Under the pieces are notes generated by a model that searched no databases, was not told where the DNA came from, and saw only the letters and a program-made list of their open reading frames with translations. The position numbers were made by a program, and so were the translations under genes. From an uncultured bacterium (lineage in GTDB: Bacteria > Verrucomicrobiota > Verrucomicrobiia > Limisphaerales > UBA8199): a stretch of DNA of 64,000 nt. Below are positions 42,428-52,968 of this stretch, piece after piece. How positions within the stretch are numbered: the first letter of the stretch is position 1; every line of letters starts with the position of its first letter. The stretch lies in assembly GCA_963749495.1 (NCBI GenBank), contig CAVVMW010000005.1, forward strand, positions 447,495 to 511,494, given 5' to 3'.

Positions 42428-44687
42428 ATGTTCGAGCATCCCAGAGAGCCGTTGCTGAGCCGGTTCCGGGTCCTGGCGGGGGCGCCGCGCGAGTTGTGGA
42501 TCGTGTTTGCCGCCAAGCTGGTCGGGATCGCGGCCTACAGCGTGATGAACACCACGTTCGTGCTTTGGCTCTCGTCGGACCTGGGTTATAGCGATCAGTG
42601 GGCGGGGGCGGTGGTGGCGTGGTGGTCGGCGGCGATGACGCTGTTCACGGTGTTCGTGGGGTCGCTGACGGACGCGATTGGGCTGCGCAAGGCGATTTTG
42701 CTGGGGCTGGTGGTGACGGTGACGTCGCGCGGGGTGATGGCGTTCAGCGGGGTGACCTGGCTGGCGCTGGCGGGGGGCATGCTGCCGTTGGCCCTGGGCG
42801 AGGCACTGGGGGTGCCGGTGCTGGTGGCAGCGGTGCGCCGCTATTCGACCACCGCCCAGAGCTCGATGGCCTTCGCCGTCTTCTACGCGATGCAGAACCT
42901 CGGGTTCCTCGCCGCCAACTACATCTTCAACGCAGTCCGCCAGGGCCTGGGCGAACCGCACGGCCACTGGACGCTGCCCTGGCTGGGGCTGGAGTTCACG
43001 ACCTACCGGGTCCTTTTCCTGATCAGTTTCCTGATCGAGCTTTCGATGCTGCCGGTGGTGTATTTTACCCTGCGCGAGGGGGTCGAGGCGACAGACGCCG
43101 GTGTGAAGATCACCCCCGGGGTGTCCGGGCGCCGCGGAACGAATTTTCTGCAGGCGCTCTATTCAACCACGCGCCAGGCCCTGCGCGACACGCTGCGGAT
43201 CTTCGCCGGGTTATGGGGCCAGAGCGGTTTTTACAAGTTCCTGGCCTTTCTGGCCCTGGCGGCCTTTGTGAGGCTCATTTTCATCCATATGTACTACACC
43301 TATCCCAAGTTCGGCATCCGCGAGTTGGGGGAAGGCGCGCCGCTGGGCCGGCTCTTCGCGATCAACTCGGTGCTGATCGTCCTGCTGGTGCCGGTGGTCG
43401 GGGCGCTGGCCCAGAGGGTCTCGGCCTACCGGATGGTCACCCTGGGCAGCGCCGTCGCCGCGGCCTCGGTCTTTTTCATGGCCTTGCCTCCGCGTTGGTT
43501 CCAGGGCTTGGCCGACGGCTCCTTGGGCCATGCCATCGCCAATGTCTGGCTGGGCGGCGACACGCGGTTTTCACCGGACGATTTCCGGGACCTGCCCGCG
43601 CTGGCCGCCAGGCTGCAGGCCCCCTCAGACGCCGCCTCAGCCGCGCTCGCGCAGGCCCTCTCGGGACCCACGCGCTCGCTCTTGCGGCGGGAGTTGGGAC
43701 TGCCCGCGCGCCCCGCCTCCACCCAGCCGCACCCAAGTTCCGCGCTCTTTGCAGCCTCGGACATTTCCGACGCGGCTGCATTGGCCGCCAGGCTGCGGGA
43801 TGACGCCCAGGCGGCCACCCGGCCTGTCTCGGCCTGGCTCTGGGCCCAGTTCCGGCCCTCGAGCAGGGCGCGGTTGGCAGACGGAAAGTGCCCGGCGTCA
43901 GAGCAAGGGGCCTTGCTGGCCAACGAGTTGAATCGGCTGCTGAACGGCAAGGGCCTCTACGACGAGCACCGATTTGCCGCGGTGAGCTTGTCCGGGAGCG
44001 CGCAGGCACTCCTGGTCAAAGGGCCGCAACGCGGCAGGGCGGATGCGCTGCCCAACCAGACCGTGCTGCTGAACCGCCTGCTGCTGGAGGATGCTTACGG
44101 CGGCCAACTGGCGCGGACCTCGCACCCGTTGCGCGTCGCACTGACCGAGGACCTGTCCAAGCTCATCAAGAGCGGCCCGCTCGACCGCAGGCCGGGCTTC
44201 CAGGGCCTGGCGCCTCGGGAGCGGGCCCCGGGACAATCGGCCAGGCCACCGAGCGGAAGCAAGTTGGCCCGCCTGAACCGGCGCCTCCTCGAAGATGCAT
44301 TCCCATCCGAGTTGGCCCGGAACCGCCCCGGTGTCCCGGGCAGTGTCGAGCCCGTATTACGTGATGATCTTCCTCTTCATCGTGCTGCTGTCGGTGGGAG
44401 AATCCATTTACTCGCCCCGGCTCTACGAATATGCCGCCATCATCGCGCCCAAGGGACAAGAGGGCTCCTATATGTCCCTCTCCTATCTGCCCTTCTTCCT
44501 TGCCAAGCTCCCGGTGGCCATGTTCTCCGGCGTCTTGCTGGCCAGGTTCTGTCCGGAGACCGGCCCACGCCACGCCGCCACGTTGTGGCTGATCATTGCC
44601 CTGACTACGTCGATCGCCCCGCTGGGCCTCATCACCCTCCGGCGCCTGATCCAGGTCCGCGAGGCAGGCCGGGACGAAGCCCAGTGA
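42428..44687 (+). CDS. MFS transporter (POT/PTR-like) with large soluble insert; frameshift about 44350
   Basis: GSLTDAIGLRKA motif A; C-terminal SVGESIYSPRLYEY in second frame. Confidence 0.85.
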
Positions 44688-44737
44688 ATCGAATTGCGCT
44701 TTTCCGCGCGGGCTGGGTGTGTTAGAGCATACCCGCA

Positions 44738-47634
44738 TGATTCTGTGCGTGAAGAGACTGCCGGCTATCCTCTTGTCTATCCTGGCGGCTGGACTTTTAG
44801 CGCGGGCCGACGACCAGGCCGGCCTGCTCAAGTGCTGGTGGGCGGCCCGGTCGCTGGCCCCAGTTGAGCCGCCCTCCGGGCGGCAGTATGCGCCGGACCG
44901 GGAGGTGGAGATGATGCACCTGGCGCTGGACGTGACGCCGGACTTCAAGCAGCGCACGATCGAGGGCCAGGCCACGCTGCGGTTCCGGCCGGTGGTTCGG
45001 CCCGTCCGCGAGCTCAAGCTGGACGCAGTGGATTTGGACGTGCGCTCGGTCACCGCCACTGAGAAGCTGGAGGCATGGCAGGTCACGGCCGACAACATTG
45101 TCCTGACCTTCGCTGCGCCCGTGCCCCCCGGCCGCGAAATCAGCGTCACCGTGGCTTACCGCGCCGAACCCAGGCAAGGGCTCTATTTCCGGACTCCGGA
45201 GCAGGGCTACCTGCCCGGGGACACGCACCTCTTCAGCCAAGGCGAAGAAATCGAGGCCCGGCACTGGTATCCCTGCCTCGATTCACCCAACGTGAAGTTC
45301 ACCTCGGAAGTGACCTGCCGCGTCCCGGCCGGCATGACGGTGATCTCGAATGGCCGGCTGGTCGAGGAGAAGCGCGGCGCCGCCACGGGCCTGGTGGCCG
45401 TCCATTGGTCCCAGGACAAGCCGCACGCCAATTACCTCATCACGCTGGTGGCCGGTTATTTCAAGAGGCTCGAGGCCAAACACCGCGACATCCCCCTGGC
45501 CTTCTACACGCCGCCTTCCGAGAGCAAAGAGGCGGCCTCCTCCTTCCGCGACACGCCCGACATGCTCGCCTTTTTCGAGCAGGAAATCGGCGTCCCCTAT
45601 CCCTGGCCCAAATACGACCAGGTCTGCGTCAACGATTTCGTCGCCGGCGGCATGGAAAACACCAGCGCCACCACGCTCACCGATTGGACGCTCTTCACCG
45701 AAGCCACGGAAAACCTGCGCGACAGCGACGGCCTCATCTCGCACGAACTGGCCCATCAATGGTTTGGCGACCTGGTCACCTGCAAGGACTGGAGCCACAT
45801 TTGGCTCAACGAAGGCTTCGCCACGTATTACGAGGCCCTCTACAACGGCCACAAGCACGGGCGCGACGCGATGCTCTACGAGCTCTACGGCAGCGCCAGG
45901 ATGATCACCGGCATCGCGGACGACACCACGGCCATCGTCCGCCGCACTTACCGAAACCCGAGCGAGATGTTCGGCTACCTGGCTTATCCCAAGGCGGGCT
46001 GGGTCCTGCACATGCTCCGCGCCCAGCTCGGCCCGGATCTCTACCGCCAATGCGTGCGCACCTACCTCGAACGCCACCGCTACGGCAGCGTCGTCACCGA
46101 GGACCTCCGCGCCGTCATCGAGGAACTCTCCGGCCGCTCCTTCGACCAGTTCTTCGACCAGTGGCTCTATCACGGACATCATCCCGAACTGGAGGCCGGC
46201 TATGACTGGGACCAAACCGCCCGCCTCGCCAAGGTCTCCCTCCGCCAGGTCCAGAAGCTCAGCGACAATGTCCTTCTCTTCAGCTTCCCTCTGACCATCC
46301 GCTTCAAAGGCCCATTTGGCGTCCGCAACCGGACGGTGCAAGTGTCCCGGAAAGAGGAGGATTTCTATTTCCCGCTCGATTCGGCGCCCGAGTTGGTCAG
46401 GCTCGACCCGGACTACACCCTGCTGGCAAAGATCAGCTTCAACGTCCCCACCCCGATGCTCCGCGCCCAGTTGGCCGACAAAGACGACGTCATCGGACGC
46501 CTGCTGGCCATCGAGCAGTTGGCCGGGCGGCGCGACAAAGAGACCGTGTCCATGCTCCGGCATGCCCTCAACAACGATAACTTCCACGGCGTGCGCACCG
46601 AGGCCTCAAAAGCCCTTCGCTCGATCCATTCCGACGACTCCCTGGCCGCCTTGCTCGATTCCGTCCGCCAGACCGATGCCCGGGTCCGCCAACAGGTCTT
46701 GGCCGACCTCGGCGGCTTTTACACCGAATCCGCCTGCGCCGCCGCCCGCCAGGCCCTGGACCAGGAGAAAAACCCCGCCATCCTCGCCACCGCCGCCCAC
46801 AACCTGGCCTGCTATCCCCTGCCCGAAACCTCCGACCGCCTGCTCAAACTCCTGGACTCGAAATCGTTCCGCAACGAACTGGCCGGTGCCGCCATCGAGG
46901 CCATCCGCCTCCAGGACGACCCGGCCTGCATCACCCCGCTGCTCCAGACCCTCTCCACGCGTGAGGCGCAGTTCACCAGCCATGGCTTTGCGCAGGGCCT
47001 TGAAACCCTAGCCTACCTGGCGCGCAACGAGCAAAAGAAGGACGCGGTCCGCGACTTCCTGCTCCAGCGACTGGACTACAAGAAACGGACCGTTCAATTG
47101 GCCGCCATCAACGCCCTGGGCGCCCTCGGCGACCCCAAGGCCATCGCCGCCCTCCAAACCTTCGCCAGGGCCGCCAAAGGCAACCCGGAACAGGGTGCCG
47201 CCGAGCGTGCCGTGGCCGACCTGCGCGCCCACCGCAAACCGGTTGATGATTTCAAAAACCTTCGCCAGGAAGTCCTCGACCTCCAGAAAGACAACCGCGA
47301 CCTGCGCAAAGAACTCGACGGCCTCAAGAAGCGGCTCGATGCCCGCCCGCCTGCCCCCAGCCCCGCGTCCCCCCCCAAAAAGCCCCTGGCTGAGCCCAAA
47401 ACCAGAGGCTCCTCAGCCCCGGCGGCGGCGCCTGGCCAGCAGGTAGCATCAGGCATGAAAAACGGCCAGTGTCACAGCTCTTTGGGATCACGCGCGCTCA
47501 TAAATGGGAATCGCCTCTCGCCGCACGCGCGCCTCGATGTACCTGTTGAGACGCGAGCAAAAATCAACCTTCCGCCCAAGAATGGCCCCCAATTCCTCGC
47601 CGTAACCGAAATAACGGAAGCCGACGCCCTGTAA
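44738..47634 (+). CDS. M1-family aminopeptidase with HEAT repeats
   Basis: GGMEN, HELAHQWFG...WLNEGFATY; C-terminal HEAT repeats and coiled coil; true stop uncertain. Confidence 0.9.
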
Positions 47635-47799
47635 AGCTCCCGGCTCGAAGTCCGCCAGCACGTCCACATCGCTGCGCTGCGGATCGAAGTCCTCCCGCAG
47701 CACCGAGCCGAACAGGCTCAATCTGCGGATGCCCCGCGCCCGGCAGAACTCGGCGACCTTCTCGTGGTCAATCTGGATCGGCAATTCAGCGATGCTCAC
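47488..47799 (-). CDS. Minimal nucleotidyltransferase (MNT antitoxin)
   Basis: LFGSVLREDF...SDVDVLADF...LGRKVD. Confidence 0.85.
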   Translation of the reverse strand: MSIAELPIQIDHEKVAEFCRARGIRRLSLFGSVLREDFDPQRSDVDVLADFEPGALQGVGFRYFGYGEELGAILGRKVDFCSRLNRYIEARVRREAIPIYERA

Positions 47800-47940
47800 G
47801 CGCCAATTATCGCCAAAAACCGCCCGCCCCGCAACGGCTCATTCCTCCCGGTCGTCGAAGGACAGGCTCTGAGACACGGACCCCGGCACAAAAGGCCAGA
47901 GCAGCAACCCTCCTCAAAATTCCGTTTCCCTCGGCGCCAA

Positions 47941-48164
47941 AAACGGCTATTAAGAGCGGCTCGATTGGTGGATAGCATGAATGAGACAGACCGGTTGTTG
48001 TTGAGCGGAGATGAGGCGATAGCGCTGGCGGCGCGGGACGCGGGGGTGGCGCTGGGCGCCGGCTACCCCGGGACGCCCTCGACAGAGATACTGGAGTCGT
48101 TTTCCGAGCGGGGCGGGCGCGCCCAGTGGTCGACCAACGAGAAGGTGGCGCTGGAGGTGGCGCT
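47941..48164 (+). pseudogene. Duplicated 5' fragment of iorA with its leader
   Basis: Near-identical to 48871-49095 (LLSGDEA..GYPGTPSTEILE..NEKVALEVAL). Confidence 0.85.
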
Positions 48165-48277
48165 CACGCCACCGCCCGACTGGAGGGCCGTGCTGAAACG
48201 CCCGGCGCCGCTGGCGGACCCGAGGGCCTATCAGCCATGCCTCGAGCCCGAGTAGCGCCGGCGGACTGCCCAGACGC

Positions 48278-48400
48278 CTACAACGGGAGAAAGACGACCA
48301 AATCGTCCCACTCACCTTCGGTGCTGCATTCCAGCAGGATTTGGAGTTCGGCGATCGCCCTGCCAACGGGCATTTCACGAGAGACCACGAAATCAGGAAT
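48278..48400 (-). pseudogene. C-terminal remnant of a DUF5615-like PIN toxin
   Basis: FVVSREMPVGRAIAELQILLECSTEGEWDDLVVFLPL directly after DUF433 gene. Confidence 0.55.
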
Positions 48401-48749
48401 TCTGTTCCTGTCGAGCGGCCAGTCGTTGTCTGATTCGCTCGCGCATCCGGGCAATGCCCTCTTGCTGGAGTGGGTCGGCCGAAATACGTCCTTGCAGGTC
48501 ATCGGCCTGTTGTCGCCGGCGGCTTAGATACTCTCCGATCTGGTCCTGGTGGTTGAGATAATAGGCCAGGCAGGAATGGATATCGGCCAGGCGCAACGCC
48601 GGGAAGCGGAGGGCGATTTCTTCGGCGGTCGCACCGTGCTGATAGTGGTGCAGGACGGAGTCCAGGCTGATACGAGTGCCGGCAATCCTTATCGTGCCAT
48701 CCTCCGAACCCAGGAGCGGCACTTCTTGCGTTGATTCAAGCACAGGCAT
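48393..48749 (-). CDS. DUF433 antitoxin-like protein
   Basis: IRIAGTRISLDSVL..Y..GATAEEIA..FPAL.LADIHSCLAYY. Confidence 0.85.
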   Translation of the reverse strand: MPVLESTQEVPLLGSEDGTIRIAGTRISLDSVLHHYQHGATAEEIALRFPALRLADIHSCLAYYLNHQDQIGEYLSRRRQQADDLQGRISADPLQQEGIARMRERIRQRLAARQEQNS

Positions 48750-48907
48750 GACGCCTTAATATGCGCCCGCGGCAGGAAGAAAGCAACGGCGATCCTGTCC
48801 AGGCCCACCCCGCCCCTCGCAACCTGCCCCCGTGATATACCTTGGCATAATTCTGTTTTCATCCGGCCTGAAACCAGCTATTAAGATCGGCTCGATTGGT
48901 GGATAGC

Positions 48908-50545
48908 ATGAATGAGATAGGCCGGTTGTTGTTGAGCGGAGATGAGGCGATGGCGCTGGCGGCGCGGCAGGCTGGGGTGGCGCTGGGCGCCGGCTACCCG
49001 GGGACGCCCTCGACGGAGATACTGGAGTCGTTTTCCGAGCGGGGCGGGCGCGCCCAATGGTCGCCCAACGAAAAGGTGGCGCTGGAGGTGGCGCTCGGGG
49101 CGGCGTTCGGCGGGGCGCGGGCGTTGGCCACGATGAAACACGTGGGGCTCAACGTGGCTTCGGACCCGTTTTTCACCGCCGCCTACACGGGGGTGAGCGG
49201 GGGATTGGTCATCGTCTCGGCTGACGACCCGGGGATGGCGTCAAGCCAGAACGAGCAGGACAACCGCCGATACGCCGTGGCGGCCGGCGTCCCGATGCTG
49301 GAGCCGGCCGATTCCCAGGAGGCCTACGATTTCACCTTCGCCGCCTTCGAGATTTCCGAGCGGTGGCGGATGCCGGTCCTGCTCCGGGTGACGACCCGCG
49401 TCTGCCACAGTTACACGGCGGTGCAGCCGCGCCCCGGCCACGGCACGCCGTCGGCCGCGGGTTTCCAGCGCGACATCAAGGGGCGGGTGATGATCCCGGC
49501 CTATGCCCGGCCAGCCCACCGCAGATTGCGCCAAAAGCTGGCCGAAATGCAGGAGTGGAACGAAACCGGCCCGCTCAACCGCCTCGTCCAGGGCAGGCGC
49601 AACCTGGCCATCATCACGTCGGGCATTTCCTTCATGCACGCCCGCGAGGCGGCTCCCGACGCCAGCGTGCTCAAGCTGGGCTTCACCTATCCGCTGCCGC
49701 TGCGCAAGATCCAGGAGTTCGTCCAGAGCCACGACCGCTGCATCGTCATCGAGGAGGGCAACCCCTTCCTGGTCGAGGCCATCCGCGCCGCGGGCCTGCG
49801 CGTCGAAGGCAAGGCCGAGATGTACCGGTTCGGGGAACTGGACGTGCCCCGCGTGCGGCGCATCCTCGAGGGCAACCTGAGTCCGGAGCCGCCCAAACCG
49901 CCCGGCAAACCGCCCCAGCTTTGCGAGGCCTGCCAATACCGCATCGTGTTCGAGTCCCTGCGCAAACAGGACTGCATCGTGGCCGGGGACATCGGCTGCT
50001 ACACGCTGGGCGTGCTGCCACCCTTCGAGGCGATTGATTCCTGCGTCTGCATGGGCGCCAGCCTCGGCGTCGGCCTGGGCCTGCGCCACGTCCTGCCCCC
50101 AGATCAGGCCCGACGCGTCGTCAGCGTCATCGGCGACAGCACCTTCGTCCATAGCGGCATCAGCGGCCTGGTCGAGATGGTCTATAATCCCCCGCCCACC
50201 GGGCACGTCCTGATCATCCTGGACAACTCGACAACCGCCATGACCGGGCACCAGGAGCATCCGGCCACCGGCCGCAGGCTCAATCACGAGCCAACCCACA
50301 AGCTGGTGCTCGAAGACCTCGCCCGCACCCTCGGCGTGCCCCGCGTGCATGTCGTCGAGCCACGGGCCGACTCGGGCGATTTCGACCGGGTCCTGGCCGA
50401 GTGCTTGCAGAGCAACCAACTGGCCGTCATCATCGCCCGCCGCCCCTGCATCCTCATCGCCAAACAACTCAAACTCTACGAACAACAACAGCAACAACCA
50501 CAACGGTGCGAGTGCGATGCCGCGGACGTGAAACGTGAAACGTGA
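48908..50545 (+). CDS. iorA: Indolepyruvate:ferredoxin oxidoreductase alpha subunit
   Basis: YPGTPSTEI, MKHVGLNVA, GDIGCY, IGDSTFVHSG, LDNSTTAMTGHQ. Confidence 0.93.
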   Translation: MNEIGRLLLSGDEAMALAARQAGVALGAGYPGTPSTEILESFSERGGRAQWSPNEKVALEVALGAAFGGARALATMKHVGLNVASDPFFTAAYTGVSGGLVIVSADDPGMASSQNEQDNRRYAVAAGVPMLEPADSQEAYDFTFAAFEISERWRMPVLLRVTTRVCHSYTAVQPRPGHGTPSAAGFQRDIKGRVMIPAYARPAHRRLRQKLAEMQEWNETGPLNRLVQGRRNLAIITSGISFMHAREAAPDASVLKLGFTYPLPLRKIQEFVQSHDRCIVIEEGNPFLVEAIRAAGLRVEGKAEMYRFGELDVPRVRRILEGNLSPEPPKPPGKPPQLCEACQYRIVFESLRKQDCIVAGDIGCYTLGVLPPFEAIDSCVCMGASLGVGLGLRHVLPPDQARRVVSVIGDSTFVHSGISGLVEMVYNPPPTGHVLIILDNSTTAMTGHQEHPATGRRLNHEPTHKLVLEDLARTLGVPRVHVVEPRADSGDFDRVLAECLQSNQLAVIIARRPCILIAKQLKLYEQQQQQPQRCECDAADVKRET

Positions 50546-50551
50546 TGCGTT

Positions 50552-51034
50552 ATGGATAACGTCACCAACATCGTCGTGGCCGGCCTCGGCGGCCAGGGGG
50601 TCCTCAAAGGGACCGACATCCTCGCCGATGCCGCCTTGCGCGCCGGTTTTGATGTCAAGAAGAGCGAAATCAAGGGCATGAGCCAGCGGGGCGGGTCCGT
50701 CACGGGCAACGTCCGCTTCGGCCAGCGCGTCTTCAGCCCGATGGTGCCGGCCGGCGAAGCCGATTTTCTGCTGGTGCTTGAGCCGACCCAGGTCGAGCCG
50801 AACCGGCACCTGCTCCGCCCCGGCGGGGTCTTGATTACTCCGGAGGCGGTCTCACTGGACCTGCTCCCGCACAAGCGCACTCTGAACGTCGCCCTCCTGG
50901 GCGCCCTGAGCGCCCACCTGCCCCTGCCGGAAGAACTCTGGCTGGCCTCGCTCCGCGCCGCCTTCGATGAGGCCTTCTTCGAGGGGAACGAGAAGGCGTT
51001 CCTGATCGGGCGGGCGGGGAAAAATGGACACTGA
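50552..51034 (+). CDS. iorB: Indolepyruvate oxidoreductase beta subunit
   Basis: GLGGQGV...SEIKGMSQRGGSV. Confidence 0.92.
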   Translation: MDNVTNIVVAGLGGQGVLKGTDILADAALRAGFDVKKSEIKGMSQRGGSVTGNVRFGQRVFSPMVPAGEADFLLVLEPTQVEPNRHLLRPGGVLITPEAVSLDLLPHKRTLNVALLGALSAHLPLPEELWLASLRAAFDEAFFEGNEKAFLIGRAGKNGH

Positions 51035-51039
51035 TCACC

Positions 51040-51456
51040 ATGGAAAAACTAAAACAAACTCTGCAAATGGATCAGTTCGCCGCGCACTGCGGCATCGAGC
51101 TCATTTCGGTTTCGCCCGGCCAGGCGCGGGCCAAGATGGCCCTGGAGGCCCGGCACCTGAACGCGCTGGGAAGCGTCCAGGGCGGGGCGATCTTCACGCT
51201 GGCCGATTTCGCCTTCGCTGCGGCTTCCAACTCCCACGGCCCCGCCGCCGTGGCGATAAATGTCGGCATCAGCTTCCTCAAGGCGGCCAAGACCGGCACG
51301 CTTTGGGCCGAGGCCAGAGAGATCGCGAAGAATTTCAAGCTCGGCTCCTACACGGTGGAGGTCAAGGACGACGCCGGCGACCTGGTCGCCCTCTTCCAGG
51401 GGATGGCCTACCGCAAGAGCGAGAAGGGCTCGGGAGCGCAGGAGCGCAGGGCCTGA
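51040..51456 (+). CDS. PaaI-family hotdog thioesterase
   Basis: HLNALGSVQGGAIFTLADFAFAAASNSHG. Confidence 0.9.
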   Translation: MEKLKQTLQMDQFAAHCGIELISVSPGQARAKMALEARHLNALGSVQGGAIFTLADFAFAAASNSHGPAAVAINVGISFLKAAKTGTLWAEAREIAKNFKLGSYTVEVKDDAGDLVALFQGMAYRKSEKGSGAQERRA

Positions 51457-51467
51457 AGCGCAGCTTA

Positions 51468-51534
51468 GAGCGTGTCCGAAAAACTCCGATTGCGAATCTT
51501 TGTTTTTATTCCGGCGAGTTTCTCGGACGCGTCC
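51468..51534. mobile_element. 67-bp mini-MITE, IS5-like ends
   Basis: TIRs gagcgtgtccgaaaaactc / gagtttctcggacgcgtcc; TTA on both sides. Confidence 0.7.
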
Positions 51535-52429
51535 TTAAATCCTTCTGCCCAGCGGCTCGGCTGTCTCGTAATCCAGGTGGGCGAAGATTCGGATGACATC
51601 GTGCAGCGGGACCTCGAACACGCCGTGGCGGGTGGCGTAGCCGTTGACCAGCCCGGGCATGCCCTTGGGGTTGAAGTAGTTGCCCCAGGGATTGAATAGG
51701 ATCACCACCTTCTGCGCCTCCCGGTAGCCGAGCACGCCAAAGACGTGGTTAGGGATGATCCCTTTGGGGACTGGGGCGGAGGCGTTATAGCCGGCGCCGG
51801 AGATCGTCATCAACCCTTTGCCCCGCGCCATTTCCACCAGCAACTGATGGAGCCGGTTGGTGGCGTTCGGACTGTCTTCCTGAAGCCAGTGGTCCAGGGG
51901 CGCCATGCGGGCGCGATGGCCGGTGAACAAAGCAATGACCGGACCGGACGCGCCGCCATGGCCCATGATGTCCGCAATTGGGGTCCTGCCCCAGGAACAG
52001 CGTCCGGTCCACCGTCCGGTTCACGTTCCAGATGTGGTTGCGGATCTGGGAGAATCTGCGCCGGGCCTGCGGGTCCGCGGCAACTCCCTGCAGTTCCTCC
52101 AGCGACATGCCGTTGGCGCCCTCGCGCCCGCCCGCACTCGTCATCCAGCGGATGAGGACTGCCGCCGCCGCCTCATTCCCACGGGCGCGCGGATTGGCGA
52201 TCACGGCGTTGACCTCATCGAGGCTCAACACCCCGCCTTGGCCGTGGTGCCATTGCTCGAAGCACGTCGTGAAGAACTGGGCCAACTGCCGGGTTTCCCT
52301 CTCCGTTTGCACCTTCCAGGCGGGCGTGTTCGTGTCGGCCGCCTGCCCGGCCAACGCGCGGGCGCCCACCATCCCCAGGATAAGCACAGCAAGCGCCGCG
52401 GCGCGCCCGCGGCGGGCGCATCCCGGCAC
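51535..52429 (-). pseudogene. Secreted calpain-like (C2) cysteine peptidase remnant with internal deletion
   Basis: Signal peptide; NHVFGVLGY...LFNPWGN His/Asn motifs; catalytic Cys region absent; two frames. Confidence 0.6.
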
Positions 52430-52583
52430 CGCGCCCGGAGTGCGCCCGTCCCCGGGCGCAGCAGCGACGGAGCGGGCAGGCGCGCCGGAGTGTTTGACCG
52501 CCGCCCTGGCTCCGGACGTCGCTGCGCCCGCGGCGGGCGCACTCCGGTCCGGCCCCCGGCAAGGGCAGTGTCAGAATGCGCCC
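52414..52583. mobile_element. GGGCGCATC-type MITE, same cargo as 4016-4189
   Basis: TIRs gggcgcatcccggcaccgc / gcagtgtcagaatgcgccc; perfect 9-bp duplication gcccgcggc. Confidence 0.9.
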
Positions 52584-52794
52584 GCCCGCGGCGATGCCCT
52601 GGCGGGTGCCCGGCAGCCGGCCCCAGGCGCGGCCGTTCGAGCCAGGAGCGCCACGGCCCGCGCAAAGGGCGCCTCGGGACACCGCCCCCGGACCGCGCAG
52701 GCGGCCGGGGAAATCGCTCGATCATCGACAGACGAGTAGCCCCTCGGGGCGGATAAGTCAACTGATGCTTATCATTGATATGAGCATTCCTCAC

Positions 52795-52968
52795 AGCATC
52801 ATGATCGTGATGACCCTGGCGGCCGGCTTCGGCACCCCCATCACCTTCACCATAGCCGGCGGCGATGCGCACCAGGCCATGGCAGCCGTTCACCGTCTCT
52901 TTGCCATGCATTTCGCAGAGGCCTGCCGGACCTCGACCGCTCCGGCTTCTCTGTCCGGCTCAGGATGA
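52795..52968 (+). pseudogene. C-terminal remnant of an HPr-like phosphocarrier
   Basis: SIMIVMTLAAGFGTPITFTIAGGDAHQAMAAVHRLF resembles HPr SIMGxMxLAAxxG...GxDAxxAxxAxxxLF. Confidence 0.5.

Noticed and set aside
50478..50503. Short polyQ tract at the IorA C-terminus
   Set aside because: Low-complexity tail with no further support
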